A stretch of DNA of 64,000 nucleotides from Paragordius varius. Taxonomy: Eukaryota > Animalia > Nematomorpha. Made by a program: the position numbers and the translations under genes. Below, piece after piece: positions 17,298-33,460 of the stretch; the stretch's first letter is position 1; each line of letters begins with the position of its first letter. The stretch is taken from NCBI GenBank assembly GCA_964247055.1, contig OZ176055.1:6076001-6140000 (forward strand), given 5' to 3'. The notes beneath the pieces were generated by a model. That model saw only the letters and a list, made by a program, of their open reading frames with translations. It was not told the origin of the DNA and made no database searches.

Positions 17298-20200
17298 TTA
17301 AAACATTCCTTTGGAATATTTAATATCACTCTTATGTTTGCGGGCATGATTGGCTATGTGGTGTTTATGCTTTTCTTTATACGCATAATTTTTGTTTTGA
17401 TTCATGGGATTTGTGCTAATTTTCGATTGAGTGGGTAAGGAAGTTTTTGACGCACCTATATATATATATATATAATATTAAAATAGTATGAATGATTTAA
17501 ACTACGTTATAATATATTACTAAAAGTTGAGGTTTTACACCTCAGAAGTTTTGCAATAAAAAATGGTAAAGATAAAACAAAGGAACTAAACAAACATTTT
17601 CACAAAAAAACAACCATCCATACAGTTAAAAACCTTGATTGCTACAATTCATTGTGAACACAATTGTGAAATATAAAATAGTGTAAGTGTATTTATATAT
17701 ATTTACTCTCAAAAGTTAAATATAAATAAACAAGGTATAAAATAGATTTGATAGTTTTTAGTTTTAACGTTTTGTTTGTATGATAAACATTAAAGTTACT
17801 AATATATAAATGTATTTTACCAGAATTTTTAGTTGAAGGGGTGTCTGCATCAGAATTACTTGATTCTTTATCATTTTTAAGATTAGATAATCCATGGGTA
17901 AATCCCGTTTCATAAGTCGTATCATCATATTCGTCTTCGTATTCAAGATCAGGGTGATTGGGACTAAAATAATAGAGCGAATATTTGTGTTAAATTTTTT
18001 AATTTAAACATTAAATTTAATATAAACCGAGGTTATTTAATTTTTTCCATGTTTTTGTCTAAATTTTTATACATTTCAAATGATGTGAATTAATAAACTT
18101 ACATTTATCATTCTAGAGATGTGATAAAAACACTTTTTAATTTTTGTTTAAAATTACCATTTTTATAAATCAATTTTATACATAAGTGTCGCTAATTTTT
18201 AACCTAATTAAATAAAAATTAAAATTCTCGTAAATATCAAAATTTTCGATACAATAATATTTTATCAATATTATTGTTTATTAAAAAAGATTTTGCCATG
18301 TATTAAAAATTTTGGATATAGTTTAATTTAATAAATTTAACCCCTATACTTTTTATTTATCCATTCATTTTGTGGGAAATTGCCCGTTTTAAGATAATTT
18401 CTTTCGTGATATTCTTCGTTCACTGCAATAGAGCTTAATGATTCATCTTGGCTAATACCATATTCCTCACCACCATGCCATAAATTATGTTTGGAAATAA
18501 AAGTTTTTGTTAATTCTCGGCCTTCGCATTCCTCCGCACGGTTAGACTTAGTGTTGGGCAATTTTGCATTAGGTGCTTGGGGATATTTGAAACTAAACAT
18601 ATAATTGATCTTAAATGCGTATGGAATAAAAGTTGAGAAATGAAAATCTTATTTTATTATATATATACAATTAAGCGTAATTTAAAATAAATTTACTAAT
18701 ATTTTTATTTAAAAATTAAAAACAAACATATTATTATTGTTGTTTCGAATAAAAAAATATTAAGGTTTGTTGTTTGCATCAAAAGTCGCACCACAAAAAT
18801 ATAAATACAACTATAGCAATACGCTAAAATTAAAAAATTATAAAGACAAAGCGTTATGAAGAGATTAATAATATTTTTGTTATAGCTACAACTGTATTTT
18901 TTAGTTTTTTTATATAACTTTTGTGATTGACGATTGTGAAATATATAATTTAGAGTTTACCAATACACTTATCAACATTTCTCATTTTACAACTGTTATG
19001 TTTAATAACTTAATTGTTTTTGTTAACTTATCTCAATTAACCTTTTCTATATTAATTAACTTAATTGACCTTTTTAAGCTTTAGTTAATTGTTAATGAAA
19101 ATATAATGTTCTCCTTCCTATTGCCTTAGTGCATCATACACTTTTGCCCTTGTTACGTTAAATATGTATATTACCTTGGTTGAAAAGGCTTTCACCTAAA
19201 TACTGTAATCATATGCTAAAGCCAAATTTAGAACTTTATTTAACCCGACTGGGGTATCATTGTCTAATGTCCTCAGGTACCTGCTAAGTATTTCTGCCTC
19301 TAGTTGTTTTTCCTTCAAACCGCATATGAATACATCCCGTATTATCTCGTCGATGTTACCTTTGAACTGGCATGCGGCAGCTAAATTTTTTTGTCTTATC
19401 AAATCCAAGAATACAGGATAATAATGATAATATTAAAGTCATCTTTCTTGCCCAATCGGGTATTGATAATGTTTCTAAACAATTCTTTTACCCCCTTAAC
19501 ACTGTAAACATTTCTTGGGAGGAGATAAAGCTGAGGTTAAAATATTACAACTAACGAAAAATACTTTTCTAGCCAGATTAATTTCTTTTAATCGGAACGA
19601 CTATCGGGTCAAGGATTCTTGGAATTTTTTATAAGACTCAAAAATTTAGCCGCCGCATGCGAGTTCAAAGGGAACATTGACGAGCTAATACGGGACGTAT
19701 TTATATATGGTTGAAAAAAACCAGAGACCGAACTACTTAACAGGTACCCGAGGGCATTAGACAATGATACACCGGTGGGGTTGAATAAAGATTTTAATTT
19801 GGCTTTAGCATATGAAAGTTCTCGCCTGGAAGCTGGTTTTATTTTATACTTTTTACTGATATATAAATAAAAATGTTATCCTTTTCTCTTACCTAAGAAG
19901 ATAAGTAAGAATATCGACCCTCATGCTTTGAGGAACAAAAAGACGGTCACCTAGATATAGAAGGCCGTATGACTCTTCGATATCATTTCTCAGTAATTTA
20001 TAGGACTGCACCCCCGGATGAGACCAATCATTAGTCTTTCGTGCTGCTTTAATATGTTTACATACCTCATCGCTCATAGTTTCTTTAAGCACCCTCTCCT
20101 TGTTTAAGTTTAACTCCTAACACCATAGCAACCGGACCTCCTGCGCTATATCCTCGTCATTGTCACACTCTTCAGTTATCTCAGTTGGTAGTCTTGATAG

Positions 20201-23200
20201 TGAGTCTGCTAGATTTTCGGTTCCCGGGTAGTACATAATGTTGAAGTCTAAAATGAGTTTATGAAATCCATCTTAGCAATTTACTATTGTTTAGCTCGCC
20301 TAATACACGTTGATGCCCGAATAAATTGATAAAAGGTTTATGGTCTGTTCTGATATCGAATTTTCTACCATATAAAAATGTTTTAAATTTCTCTAGAACC
20401 AAAAGAATGGCTTTTGCCTCTTTTTTTACAACCGAAGAATTTTTCTGCTTAGGGAATACTAGTTAATTTTTAAGAATAATAGCCTTTTAATCTCTTCACT
20501 TAATTTTTTTTGTAGGGCCAAAAAAACCCTTCTAGCCCGAAATACTCGGCCCCTACTATTGTTTTCTAAAATATGTTTATGGATTGCCCTTTCCAACAAC
20601 CCAATTTGTTTTCAAATAAAGACTTAAATTTATTGTAAATATCGGTTGTGTGATATAATTCATTAGGCAATGGGATATCGAATAGCTGGATCCAATCCAT
20701 GCCAAATATTAAATACCACAAAACGTTTTCAACATTAGATAAAGATGCTTATCTTCGAATTCCACACCCGGAATCTCAAAATCTTCTTACAATATCCACA
20801 CCTCTTGGGGTTTTTTAAATATATTAAGCTCCCTTTTGGTCTGTCGCGTGCACCTAGTTTTTTCCAACAGATCATGGATATTAGGGGATTGTAAGGGAAC
20901 AACGGTATACTTAGATGATGTAATTGTTACGGCGGAAACGGATGAGGAGCATTATAGAAACCCAACAGAAATTGAAGGGTCTTAAATTATAAAAAAAGAT
21001 AAAATAAAGCTTAAGGAAGTAGAATATTTGGGTTTATATCAGAAAAAAGTATAAAACCAGCGAGCAGTAATAAGGCCATTCGCGAGTGTCCAGCCCCTAA
21101 AGATTAACCACTCCGATCGTTTTTGGGCCTTTTAAACTTTCATTCATGATTTATACCTTTTGTAAATACAATTGTCAACGAACTTCATTAGCTAGCTGGT
21201 TCCAAAAATCCAGAACGCCGGTTAAACCAGGTACCGTGGGCTTAGTCAGCACATCACAATGGTATAAATGAGATACCTGCACGACTATTTCTAAAACGAA
21301 ATTTACCGACACCGCTGTCCTGGATGAAAGGCAAACCAAAGGATTATATTGATGGCACCTCAGATATTATACGTGAGTTCATTCCAGGTGAAAAAGTATT
21401 TATAAAGGATGAGTTAGCAACCGGTTGTATCAAAGATAGAAGTAGGGTTTACAAAAACATACTTATCAATTGAGAGGGCGAAGAGATGGTCCATATGAAC
21501 TTAAGCTAGCCGACCAGAAAGAATTGGAATCGGAACAACAGAATAATAATGATAATATCATAGCCACCCACTCGGTCTACAATATCAATAATGATAATAC
21601 CAATCCTTCCCCGATATTTGTCAATAATTCCACAATAATAAACAAACTCCCAACGGCGATAAGATTGCAGGACCCTCAAGCATGGAAGTACCAGTCGAGA
21701 GACGCTATCCCACCAGAAGCCGAAAAGCCCCTGACAGATACACAAATCACTTTTAAATTTAGATAGGAGATATGTTATGTTTAATAACATAATTGTTTTT
21801 GTTAATTTAAATCAATTGACCTTTTCTATTATAGTTAACTTAACTGACCTTATATAAGCTTTAGTTAATTGTGAATGAAAATAAAATGTTATCCTTCTCT
21901 CTTAGTGCATACATTTGTCCTTGTTACGTTAGAAATGTATATTATCTTGGTTGTGAATGCTTTCACCTAAATACTGTAATAATGAACCTTATGCAAATAT
22001 ATAACTTGGTTGTGAATGCTTTCATCTAAATATTGTAATATTTAACCTTAAAAAAAGCAACCTTGCTCTAAAACTATATATAATGCATTATTTATAATGT
22101 TACAATGATTTCCTTTTGTTATTAACATTATTATCAACGACCTAAAACACGAGGTTATATCATAAAAAATCAAGGATATAAAAATATGGTTGTATTTATA
22201 CAAATAGTTTTTTAATTATCAAGTTTTGCCTTTATAATGATTTGTTTATAAAAATAATTACTAAGGTTTGAAGCTTGAGTCAGGAGGCTGAGGGTGAGAT
22301 TTTTGTTGAGTATGTTCATCCATGGGTATAGCTAAATAATCGGTATGAAATATTTTATTAATATTAAATGTCGTTCCAGCGTTAATAAATTTAAGGATAT
22401 GAATGTCAATTTATTGAAACATATAATTGGTAATTATTGCGATTTAAAAAATAACCCTAAAATATATTTATTAATTAAAATTTTTAAAAGTATATAACTT
22501 AATAAAATGTTGACGGATAAACGGCCTAAAAAATTATGAAAATAAATTTTTTTTCTGACCTTGACTATTTTCTTCCAAATTTGGTGGTATATTGTTATCC
22601 ATCAGTGCATTTAAAGCCTAAAATAATATATATATTAATGCAATATTTTGAACTGAATATTTTCACAATAAACATTTTTACCCGATCTAAATTTGTATCG
22701 TAATACTTCAAAACTGCCATTGCCCTATCAACCGTGAGGTTTGGGAATAATTCAATGATAGTATTTATAGACGCCTGATTAATTCTCTAAAATATAGAAA
22801 TATATGTTTTTTGAAAAAAAAACAATAAATATAACTAAAATTAAGTCAAAATAAATGGGAAAAAGCGTATAAAATTATTAATTGATTAAAGATCATTTCT
22901 ACTCTTTAATTATATTGTAAAATGCGTGATTTTTTACTTTTTTTAATACTAAAATAAAAAAATAAAATCGGTTTATTTTGTTATCTTAAATTAGTAAAGT
23001 TTTTTTATTATTGTATATGATGAAAAACAGATTTTCCGAATTTAAATAAAAAAACACTTAAAAGCCAATTTCTTATACATTTGGATCATATTTCGAATTT
23101 TAAAAGGCCATGATTTTGGGCTGTTAAAAATTGCGTGTATCATTCCACAAACCAAATAATTTGTAGATATTAGATAACAACAATAAAATATATTTGATAA

Positions 23201-26200
23201 TTTTCTAGAAAATTATGAATCCTATTATCATATATTATATATTTGACAAAATTTAAGAAAAAATATTTTTCCACCTTTCATTTTTTAATAAATGTTAATA
23301 TTATATATATATAAATTAAAACCTGATAAAATTTCATATAAATTAAAAAGGAAATTTATAACCTCGATAGAATCCGCGTGTATTGCTGAGGTGTTGGATG
23401 TACTTGGTCCATCATTTTCATAATCATTTATTTTAAGTAAATTATTATTTGTTATGGTATTTTCTGGTGTCGTGATTTTCTAATAATAAAATTATAGTTG
23501 ATGACAAATTAGGGAATATATAGTTTAAAGAATTTAAAATGAGCTATTATGTAATTACCATTTTTAAATTAGTTTAAAATTCGCTTCAATAAATATACAG
23601 CCAGTCTAAAATAGATATGTTTTTGAGGCGTAAATATTTATGACAAATAAAAAGGGATTTTTAGCCCAGCAAAATATGTCTTCTTTTATAAAAAATTTAT
23701 TTTGGAATTTTAAAATACAAAATTATTTCAAATAATTCAATTGTTTCTAAAAAATAAAGTAATAAAACGTAAAAAATTGAATAAAAGTTTGCTACACTGT
23801 TGTCAAATATATATATATATATATATACCATTTCGTTTCCACTATTAATTTGTTCGGTTAATGCTTGATTACAAATCGATAATAGATCATTCTTTAATTG
23901 ACTCAATTCCTGAGCCTTTGTTTCGATTTGTTGAAGGGATTTATTAGATGTTTGGGCTCCTTTTTTAGATGATGTACTACCTTATACAATAATGATATTT
24001 GGAGTTAAAAATTGTCCTAAATAGTTAAAACTAAGATTTGAAAAAGATATATCTAACTTCTCAAAACGTTTTTAATAAAAACTTTATAAAATTATATATA
24101 ATAAATTAACGCCATAGTTTTTACATGTATCGGGATTAATTAAAACCCTTGATATTAACTCTTGAATTTTACCTTAAAATTATGTGTTTTTGGGATAATG
24201 GAACTCATTTTTGATATGTATTATATGATATTTATCATTTTTTCTGTATTGAGGTTTTTAACCAAGTTTTAGTTTTAAAAATATTTAGTAATAATTGATT
24301 TTTCAAAGACACAATTTATTTTTAAGGTATATAAATGCTTAAAAGTGGAGTTGAAGTGTTCAAGGGTAGACTTGAGATGCAAATGGGTATAATTATATAA
24401 TTATTTTATGAAAAAAATAAAAAATTTATATTATATTTACTATTTTGTTCGGATTGTTTAAGAGCGTCAGCCATGTATGGAATTAAAAATGTGTGAATCC
24501 ATTTGGATTGTCGCAATTTATTGCACCAGCTTTATTATATACAGGTAAAAAAACATTTGTTTATAACTATTATATTTATTGGGATGAGATATATATTTAC
24601 AATCTTTCGAAATAAATTAAGCTTTTATGAAATTTATGAAATTCAATAGTATAATTTAAATAACCATTGAAATGAGGAAATTAAAAATAAATGTTATATC
24701 AAATATATTAAATATATAGTCGCAAAAAATAAAATCTTACGTTTATATATATAAAATCTTTACTTGGGGTATGATAATAGTGTCGTTTCTATCAAATCAC
24801 ACAAAAAGGTAAGTTTGGTTAAAGTTATGGACCTTTTAAGCCCGGCATTTTCGTTTTCCGTTTCGTGAATATGGTATATAGAGGTGGATAGAAATTGTTT
24901 AAGTATACTCTGATAGGTTTGTATCATTAAGTCAGCAGCATAATTTAGATATATCGTACATAACTTTGCTTGATCTCTAAATTACCAGAAAAAGACTGCG
25001 GTTAATATCCAAATTATTGGCATATATATATATATATATATGTGTGTATGTTACGATGTTAAAAGATTGGTTGATTTCACAAACTGTTTATTGGGGAGGT
25101 ATATGGTTTCATACATGATAGCCAGACTATAAAATGATAAATATATCAATATAAATTATCTCTAATATTTAAGTTATAAGAAAACTTTACGATAAAAATT
25201 TTATTTTGTAGAAAAAATTGTTTGGATCTTTCAGTAAAAACTTTTATTTGTACGCAAAAAATGCATACTTTTTATGATATCCTTGATTAGGGTCAATTAA
25301 ATAGGGTGCAAGAATGTCGCAACATAAACTATTAGTTTGATGAATACTGTAGATAGTTTCGTGGAAAAGGCATATGGAAGAATAATATAAATCAAACGAA
25401 AATTCGTTCTCCAACCAACACCCATCAGGGGTTGGCTGTGAAGAGTTTCCCTCATACACATTAGATAGAGAAACTGTCGCATCTACTAATGTCTAGAAAA
25501 AATGTTAGATATATATTAAATATATACAAGGTGATTTAATTTTATGTCCAAAAAAATTTGTTGACCAAAATTTGCTCCATGTATTGTTTATTCATTTAAG
25601 TAGTTCTTAAAAGCTTAAGTCGAAATTAATTGGGTTAAATTATTAAGATATGTCTGTAAATTCGTTGTTTGATCGCCAAAATTTACCAGCAAAATATCTA
25701 AAATATAAAAATTATCGATGGTTAGTCAAATACAAAATATATAATAAAACATTATATACGGAAAGAAACCGAGAGCATGGAACCGTTTTTAACAAGCGAA
25801 ACTGCGGTTTCAAAATAAAATAACTTTTTTTACAATTTTACTGATTTAAACCTTATTTTGAAATATTGTTTTCTATATTTTATCAATCATAAATTAATGT
25901 TGCTTACAGAAAAATGCAGCATACAAATTTATTCTTAAATACATAGGCTTTTAAATTAAAAAAGATACTCAATTATTTAACTAAAAAACAATGGAAGCGG
26001 AACCAAAACACAATTTTTTGGCCAAAAATAATTTACAGGAACTATTTACGGATATTATTTATAAATATTTAAACCTAAATTTAAAGATAAAATTTCGTAC
26101 AATCAAAATTAACTTAAAACGGTTCGAACAATTCATATAAAAACATTGTTTCATATGCCAAAATATTAATAAAAATTACTTGATTTATCATTTGTTCGAT

Positions 26201-27129
26201 TTGATTTATAAGGGTTGTTTTTATGGTTGAAACTTTCAACAGCATATTCTTAACCGCTTTTGACAGCAATGAATGATTAGTTTCGCCATATACGTTTATG
26301 AAATTTATCAGAGTATTGCCATTATTGAACAAAAATGAATTTGAGCCCAGAATGTGTTTAAAAAGTCGTTCGGCCTCTTTCTCAGCATATGAACGGTCAA
26401 AATCCTTGAAAACAAAAATTAAATGGTAAAAATTTAGTAAATCTTATATTTAAAAAAACATCCAAAATTTTTGACTATTTGGCTCGTGGATTTGATTAAA
26501 TTTAATTGTGCAACTGAAACTAAAGATACGACTTGTATTATACCATTTATAATATACATAATAATTTAGTTTTTTATAATTTTTAAAACGCTTGATTTAT
26601 AAATAAATTTTAACAGTTAGTTTTAATTTTATGATTAATAAATTTTAAAGATATATTTAATAAGATATTAATACCATTAATGAAACAAGTGTTTATAAAA
26701 ATTTATGTTACTTTATGTTGGTAATAATCAATTAGTTCCTTATACGTTGTGCATCGAATACAAAGTAATAAAACAAGTTTAAAAATTTCTTGTTCGATTT
26801 CTGAATGCGCTTGTCTTTCATCCTCAATAATTTGAAAAGGTCTAAAAGCTTTACGATATATTTTACTTCGGAAATCGTTCTAAATATATATTTATAAAGC
26901 TAATAAGATTTTCATCGAAAATCAAATGATTCCAAAAAGATATTGATGGTATTTTCAAAAGTTTTTTCAAATATCCCGATATATTTTGTTTTATTTCAAA
27001 ATCATTTCCAAAATTATAGGTGGTTATATTAGGAAATAAGACATCAGGTATTATATGAATCGGATTCTACTTATTAATAAAGGCAAAAACCTCTTCTGCA
27101 GAAAATTTTACAAAGCTTTTGTAAGTCAT
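17298..27129 (-). CDS. ASCC2: Activating signal cointegrator 1 complex subunit 2 (CUE domain)
   Basis: ATG 27129. YLKKLLKIPSISFWNHLIFDENL...YLERFP and FKLVLLLCIRCTTYKE match the ASCC2 N-terminus. CUE-like INTIIELFPNLTVDRAMAVLKYYDTNLDR-ALNALMD at about 22.6-22.8 kb, then LEYEDEYDDTTY, and C-terminal KHHIANHARKHKSDIKYSKGMF*. Introns 27067-27090 (24 nt) and 26842-26866 (25 nt). Confidence 0.88.
18994..22040 (+). mobile_element. Decayed, internally rearranged Ty3/gypsy LTR retrotransposon in an ASCC2 intron
   Basis: Direct repeats starting TGTTATGTTTAATAAC at 18994 and 21773, the second preceded by a purine tract. Gag-like AACEFKGNIDELIRDVF; RT-like KLPFGLSRAPSFFQQIMD and YLDDVIV, plus FLGLLNF; RNaseH/integrase-like pieces at about 19.9-20.6 kb lie on the opposite strand. 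End coordinate approximate. Confidence 0.88.
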
Positions 27130-27169
27130 TACGAAGGCGTGGTTTTTACATATGTTCTAACGTTTTGTG

Positions 27170-30100
27170 ATGCCAGTTGAACTAGAGAAAAATTTGAACG
27201 AGTTTATTTTCATATTTTATTGGTATTTAGCTTAACCCTTTCGTTCAATACAGCCATTTGTGTTCGATGTAACGAAGGGTTTGCAGTTGAGGAGCAAATC
27301 GTTAATACAAACGGGGAATTATGGCATCAAAGCTGTTTTGTGTAAATTTTAATAAATATATTTTTTAGGTGCGTACAATGTTTTCAACCGTTTCCTGATG
27401 GTGTATTTTACGAGGTATTTTTATTAAATATTTATTATAGGGCAAAAAAACTACTAAATAAAATTGAATTGACAAAAATAATTTCCTAATATAGCTTGTT
27501 TTAATTATAATTACCTTTTAAAATCATATAATAAGTCAAATTTTGTAAATTATTTGCAAAAACCTTAATAAAACTATATTTTAGTATCAATTAGTTTTCT
27601 ACCTTATGCCATAATTGTAATCTTAAGCTTGTGCCTTTTAAAAGTATAAGTAATTACTATATAAATAACACCTTTGTTCACACATACCTTAAAATCTTAA
27701 TGGTGTTTAAATTTTTAATTTATTTACTCTTTATATAGCACGAAGGTAGAAAGTACTGTGAACACGATTTTCATGTTTTGTATGCTCCGTGTTGTTCTTC
27801 TTGTGGTAAAATATTCATTATCTTTTTACCCAAAATCCCATACTCATATTCTTTTGCATTTTTAAACCTTTTGGGGTCGTCTTCTACCACAAGCGATTTT
27901 GATTAATAATAATCCTTAAAAAATCTAAAATTTGAGTAAAATATTTATCACAAATTTCTTTTATTAAATTGAAAAAACTGGCAAACAAAAATTTTAAAGC
28001 GCCGACAACAAAATTTTGGTATTTTTTAAAAAACAGCCCTGTTTCAAATGGATTTTTAAGGTATCTTGATTTTAGACTTTGAAAATTGAAAAATAAATTT
28101 TCCAATATATAATGGAATATTCTTTAATGATAATATTGAAAAACAATTAATATAAAGTTTTTAGTTTACATATTTAAAGCTTTGGGACAAAATACTCCCT
28201 AATATATATCAGTCATATAAAATATTGAAAAGGTAGTTAAGCAATAACTAACAAATACCTGCAAAATTTATTAATTTATGATTAGGTGAATTTATTATTG
28301 GGCGCGTGATTAAAGCCATGAACGCTAATTGGCACCCAGATTGTTTTACGTGCGCAAATTGTCAAACCATATTGGCGGATATTGGTTTTGTTCGTATCAA
28401 TAACAAGTATATATTATTATGTATTTTATTCAATAAAGATTATAAATTGCTATCACAATTATGTTTCAATAGATCTTATGACACTATAATAAAAAAGTTA
28501 TTTTATAATCATTTGTTCGTGTTTTATCAAGAACTGTTACCAATACATATATAAATTGAATCATGAAACGTAAACTAATGTAAAATTGGATATTTAACAA
28601 AATATATTTTTGCTTTATATAAATGTTTTAAATAAACTTTATTTTTTGTTAAGGGCTTTTTGCAAAGATTGTAGTTTGAAGGAGCGTATAGAGGGCCTTG
28701 GTAAAATGCAATGTTTCAAATGCAAGTAATTTTTTTCATTTTATTCGTATAATTTAATTTGTCATACACATATATTTCATTACATACATTAGACAAGCTA
28801 TTGATGAACAATATTTAGTGTTTCAAAATGAACCCTATCACCCATATCATTTCAATTGCAAATCTTGCGGGTAAAAGATTACTAATTCTAATTTGGAATA
28901 TTACATTTATTTTGAAAATTATAAGATTAAAACAATTTTAGTAATGAATTGGACAGTGATGCACGGGAATACAAAAGCGAACTATATTGCCTCAAATGTT
29001 ATGATAGATTAGGAGCAGTTCCAATATGCGGAGCCTGCCGGTAAGCTTTCAATTTTGATCCGTTATTAAGTTTAATAATATATTAATTGACCTTCGAAAA
29101 TTAGTGCAAAAAAGAAAATCGCCATATTTCAATAAATATATATGTTTACAATTTTAATTATAAAAACGTTTTGTTGAAGTTTTTGAGATTATTGATTCTT
29201 AACATGTATAGCATAACATAGAATACAATATGTTTAAAAACAAAATAATGTATATTTTCTAAAAAAGAAAAAAAAGAATCCGAGAGGGGTATGGTAAATT
29301 TTAAGAGACTTAAGGTAGTGGGTAACAATTGGTCGTTGATTATGAACACGTCTGCCTTTTTTCATTTCACCTTGTTTATCTATTATCATATAATAATCAT
29401 TATATTGTATATAAACTATTTTAATTTTTACTATTAATTTTTTGGTTTTTACTGTAAATATATTATATACCATTTAACCATCAATCATAGCATTTGGTTT
29501 TGTATCAATTGAATTTTTTCCATTTTTCAATCAAATTAAAATTTTGAATGGATATTATATAGAACGAAATATATATTACTGTTTTTTTTAAACAAGAAGC
29601 ACGATTTCATTAATAATATATTTTTACAACTATATATATATATATATAACTTTTAAACAGTCGCCCAATCGAAGATGCCCGTGTAGTAAGGGCCATGGGC
29701 AAAACTTGGCACCCTCAGCACTTTGTATGCGGTAAGTGTGAAAGACCCTTTTTGGGTTCACGACATTACGCTTATAAAGGCATACCCTACTGTGAAACAC
29801 ATTACCATGCCTTGTTTGGGAGTGTTTGTTTTGCCTGTAATAACGTTATCGCTGGCGATGGTATATATTGTTTTTATGTTTCAATAGATATTGAGAGCTA
29901 AAATTCGTTGGTTTCCTAATTTTTTAATTTTTAACAATTAAGGAAATAATACAGTAAAAAATGAAATTATATAGACTGAGCGAAAAAAATAAAAGACAAC
30001 CATATCGTTTGAACATTAATTTTTCTTTTGGCTTGCAAAATGGCAAATAATGTTAATTAGTAACACACACAGTTATATATTTCAAAATTCTAATATTATT

Positions 30101-30477
30101 TATGTAGAAAAGTCAAGTTTTTAAAAAGTATGGCGACCTTTATTAAAAAATATTTCTCTATATAAGGTGTTGATTTTACAAACAATTATATATATGTACT
30201 TGCAGCTTTTACGGCTTTGAATAAGGCTTGGTGTCCGGAGCATTTTGCATGTTATGGTTGTGACACACGTATGACTCAGAAAAGCAAATTTTTTGAAGTG
30301 GACCTAAAACCCGTATGTAAGAAATGTTATGAAAAACTGCCGTCTGAATTCAAAAAACGTATTTCAGCAATCACAAACAATAACACTACTGACACAAGCG
30401 GAAGGCTAAGTGGTGGATTAACTTTACTTGGAGGAGGAGTAGGAGGAGGTCGTAATTCCTTATCTCCGACCAAATAA
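27170..30477 (+). CDS. LIMS1: PINCH / LIMS1 (UNC-97-like), five LIM domains
   Basis: Ten exons give CVRCNEGF...[45 protein letters not shown]...[21 protein letters not shown]...[23 protein letters not shown]...[13 protein letters not shown]...[16 protein letters not shown]. Introns 27202-27230 (29 nt) and 27342-27368 (27 nt). Confidence 0.97.
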
Positions 30478-30991
30478 AAATTATTTTTTTTTCGTGCTAC
30501 AAATATTTTATAAAAAGGGCATTTTTGACAGTTTACTTTGGTAATCTGTTCATAAACTATGCATTTTAACACTTTCAATGTATATGATGACATATTTTTA
30601 TTTTTGTTGTAATCAAGAAGGATCACCTTTTTAAATACTTCTTAAGAACACTAAATATGAGCTTCCAACAACTAAAAATTATATTATTATTGTATTACTA
30701 ATCAGTAAATAATTTATTTATATATATAAGTAAAAATAAATTATGTGCAATGAATATGTGTGTAAATCTGGTATGGATTTTAGTTTGGATAAGAATACAA
30801 AATGTTTGGTTACAAATTCAACTTGCTAATCACAAGAAGTATTTAAATGTGCGCCCCTTAAAATTCAGTTAAATATTGCCAATTTTCATATTCTAAATGT
30901 AAAAAATGCTGAAAATAAATTATGTCATGTTTAAAACGATGTTATTGATAAAATCCAATTTTTCTCAATATATAAAAATGGATTTGCTAAA

Positions 30992-32269
<1,278 letters not shown>

Positions 32270-33239
32270 GCCGTAAACGCGTATTTATGATTAACATTTG
32301 TTTCAAATTTGCCACGGTGCTAAAACATGCGCATTATAAAAATAAATATTAGAAGGGACCTCTATTTGTAACTTTTTTTATATACGGTATTGACTATGGC
32401 AAAAACAATGATAACAACATTTATAATATAGAACGGAGTCGCAAATCGGGGGTATATAAAAACTATCTTGATGAATATATATATATTAATCACAAAAATT
32501 ATCAGGAATTGGTGCTTGTCATTTTGGCTTATACGAGGGATTTAAGAAAGTTATTTGCACTTTTGTGGTGCTCCCTATTAGTAAATGGCAATATTTGCGC
32601 TCATTTTTTAAAATATATAATATACTACATATAAAAAGCATAAAAAAAATTAATGTGGGGTCCAAAGTCCCAATTCTTCCTCTAAGAGCTGTTCTATAAA
32701 AAAATTTTAAAATACAGGGATCGCATGATAAATATTTTTATATGCTTAATTTTATAAAAAATATTATAAAGTACATACGTTTTTTATAAATAAATTTTTT
32801 TAGTTTAATTTTGTTAAAGCGTCATCATACTATCTTGATGCATGAAAATAGTTAAAAAAGCACCTCTATATAATTCCGTAATGCTGAACATTTCTATTTG
32901 GTGATTATTAAGAACACAATTTTATATTTAGCATATTGAAGGCGAACGAATGTTTATAAAAATTTTGAGTTAAAAAAATGTTAGGCATAATTATGTGGGA
33001 AAATTGTTTTTAAATGTCTGAAAGCGCTTTTATACCGTTTCCGTCATGCCTCAAATTAGTATGAATGCTTCAATTGAATCTAGCTCAAATTTTAATTTTT
33101 AAAAATATGATGTTTTTAACAATCGATTCGAATTGGGGTATCACAATAACTCAATATTTAAGTTATTATATTCAAAAATCTACTGAAGAAACGGATCCAG
33201 TTTAATTATATGCTTCTATCCTAATGTTATTGTTGTTAT

Positions 33240-33460
33240 AAGCTAGTCATGCAGTGACTCTTGGTTTTCTCATAAATTAGTGTTCTCCATTTTTGACGAT
33301 CTTGTGATTCTCTCAAAAATTGAGGAAAAGTTCGGTTTGTTATTGATTTAAGCATGTCGATCCACCGCTTTTTTGGTCGGCCCCTTCTGCGGGTGCCATA
33401 TACCAACCCAAAAGTATGCTTTTTCTAGCGAGTCGGATCCCAGGATATGACCCAGATAAA
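33240..33460 (-). mobile_element. 5'-truncated RTE-clade LINE (3' end only)
   Basis: YLGHILGSDSLEK then, after a frameshift, GTRRRGRPKKRWIDML...SQDRQKWR, followed by a caa-rich tail. This is the typical RTE ORF C-terminus. Confidence 0.8.
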
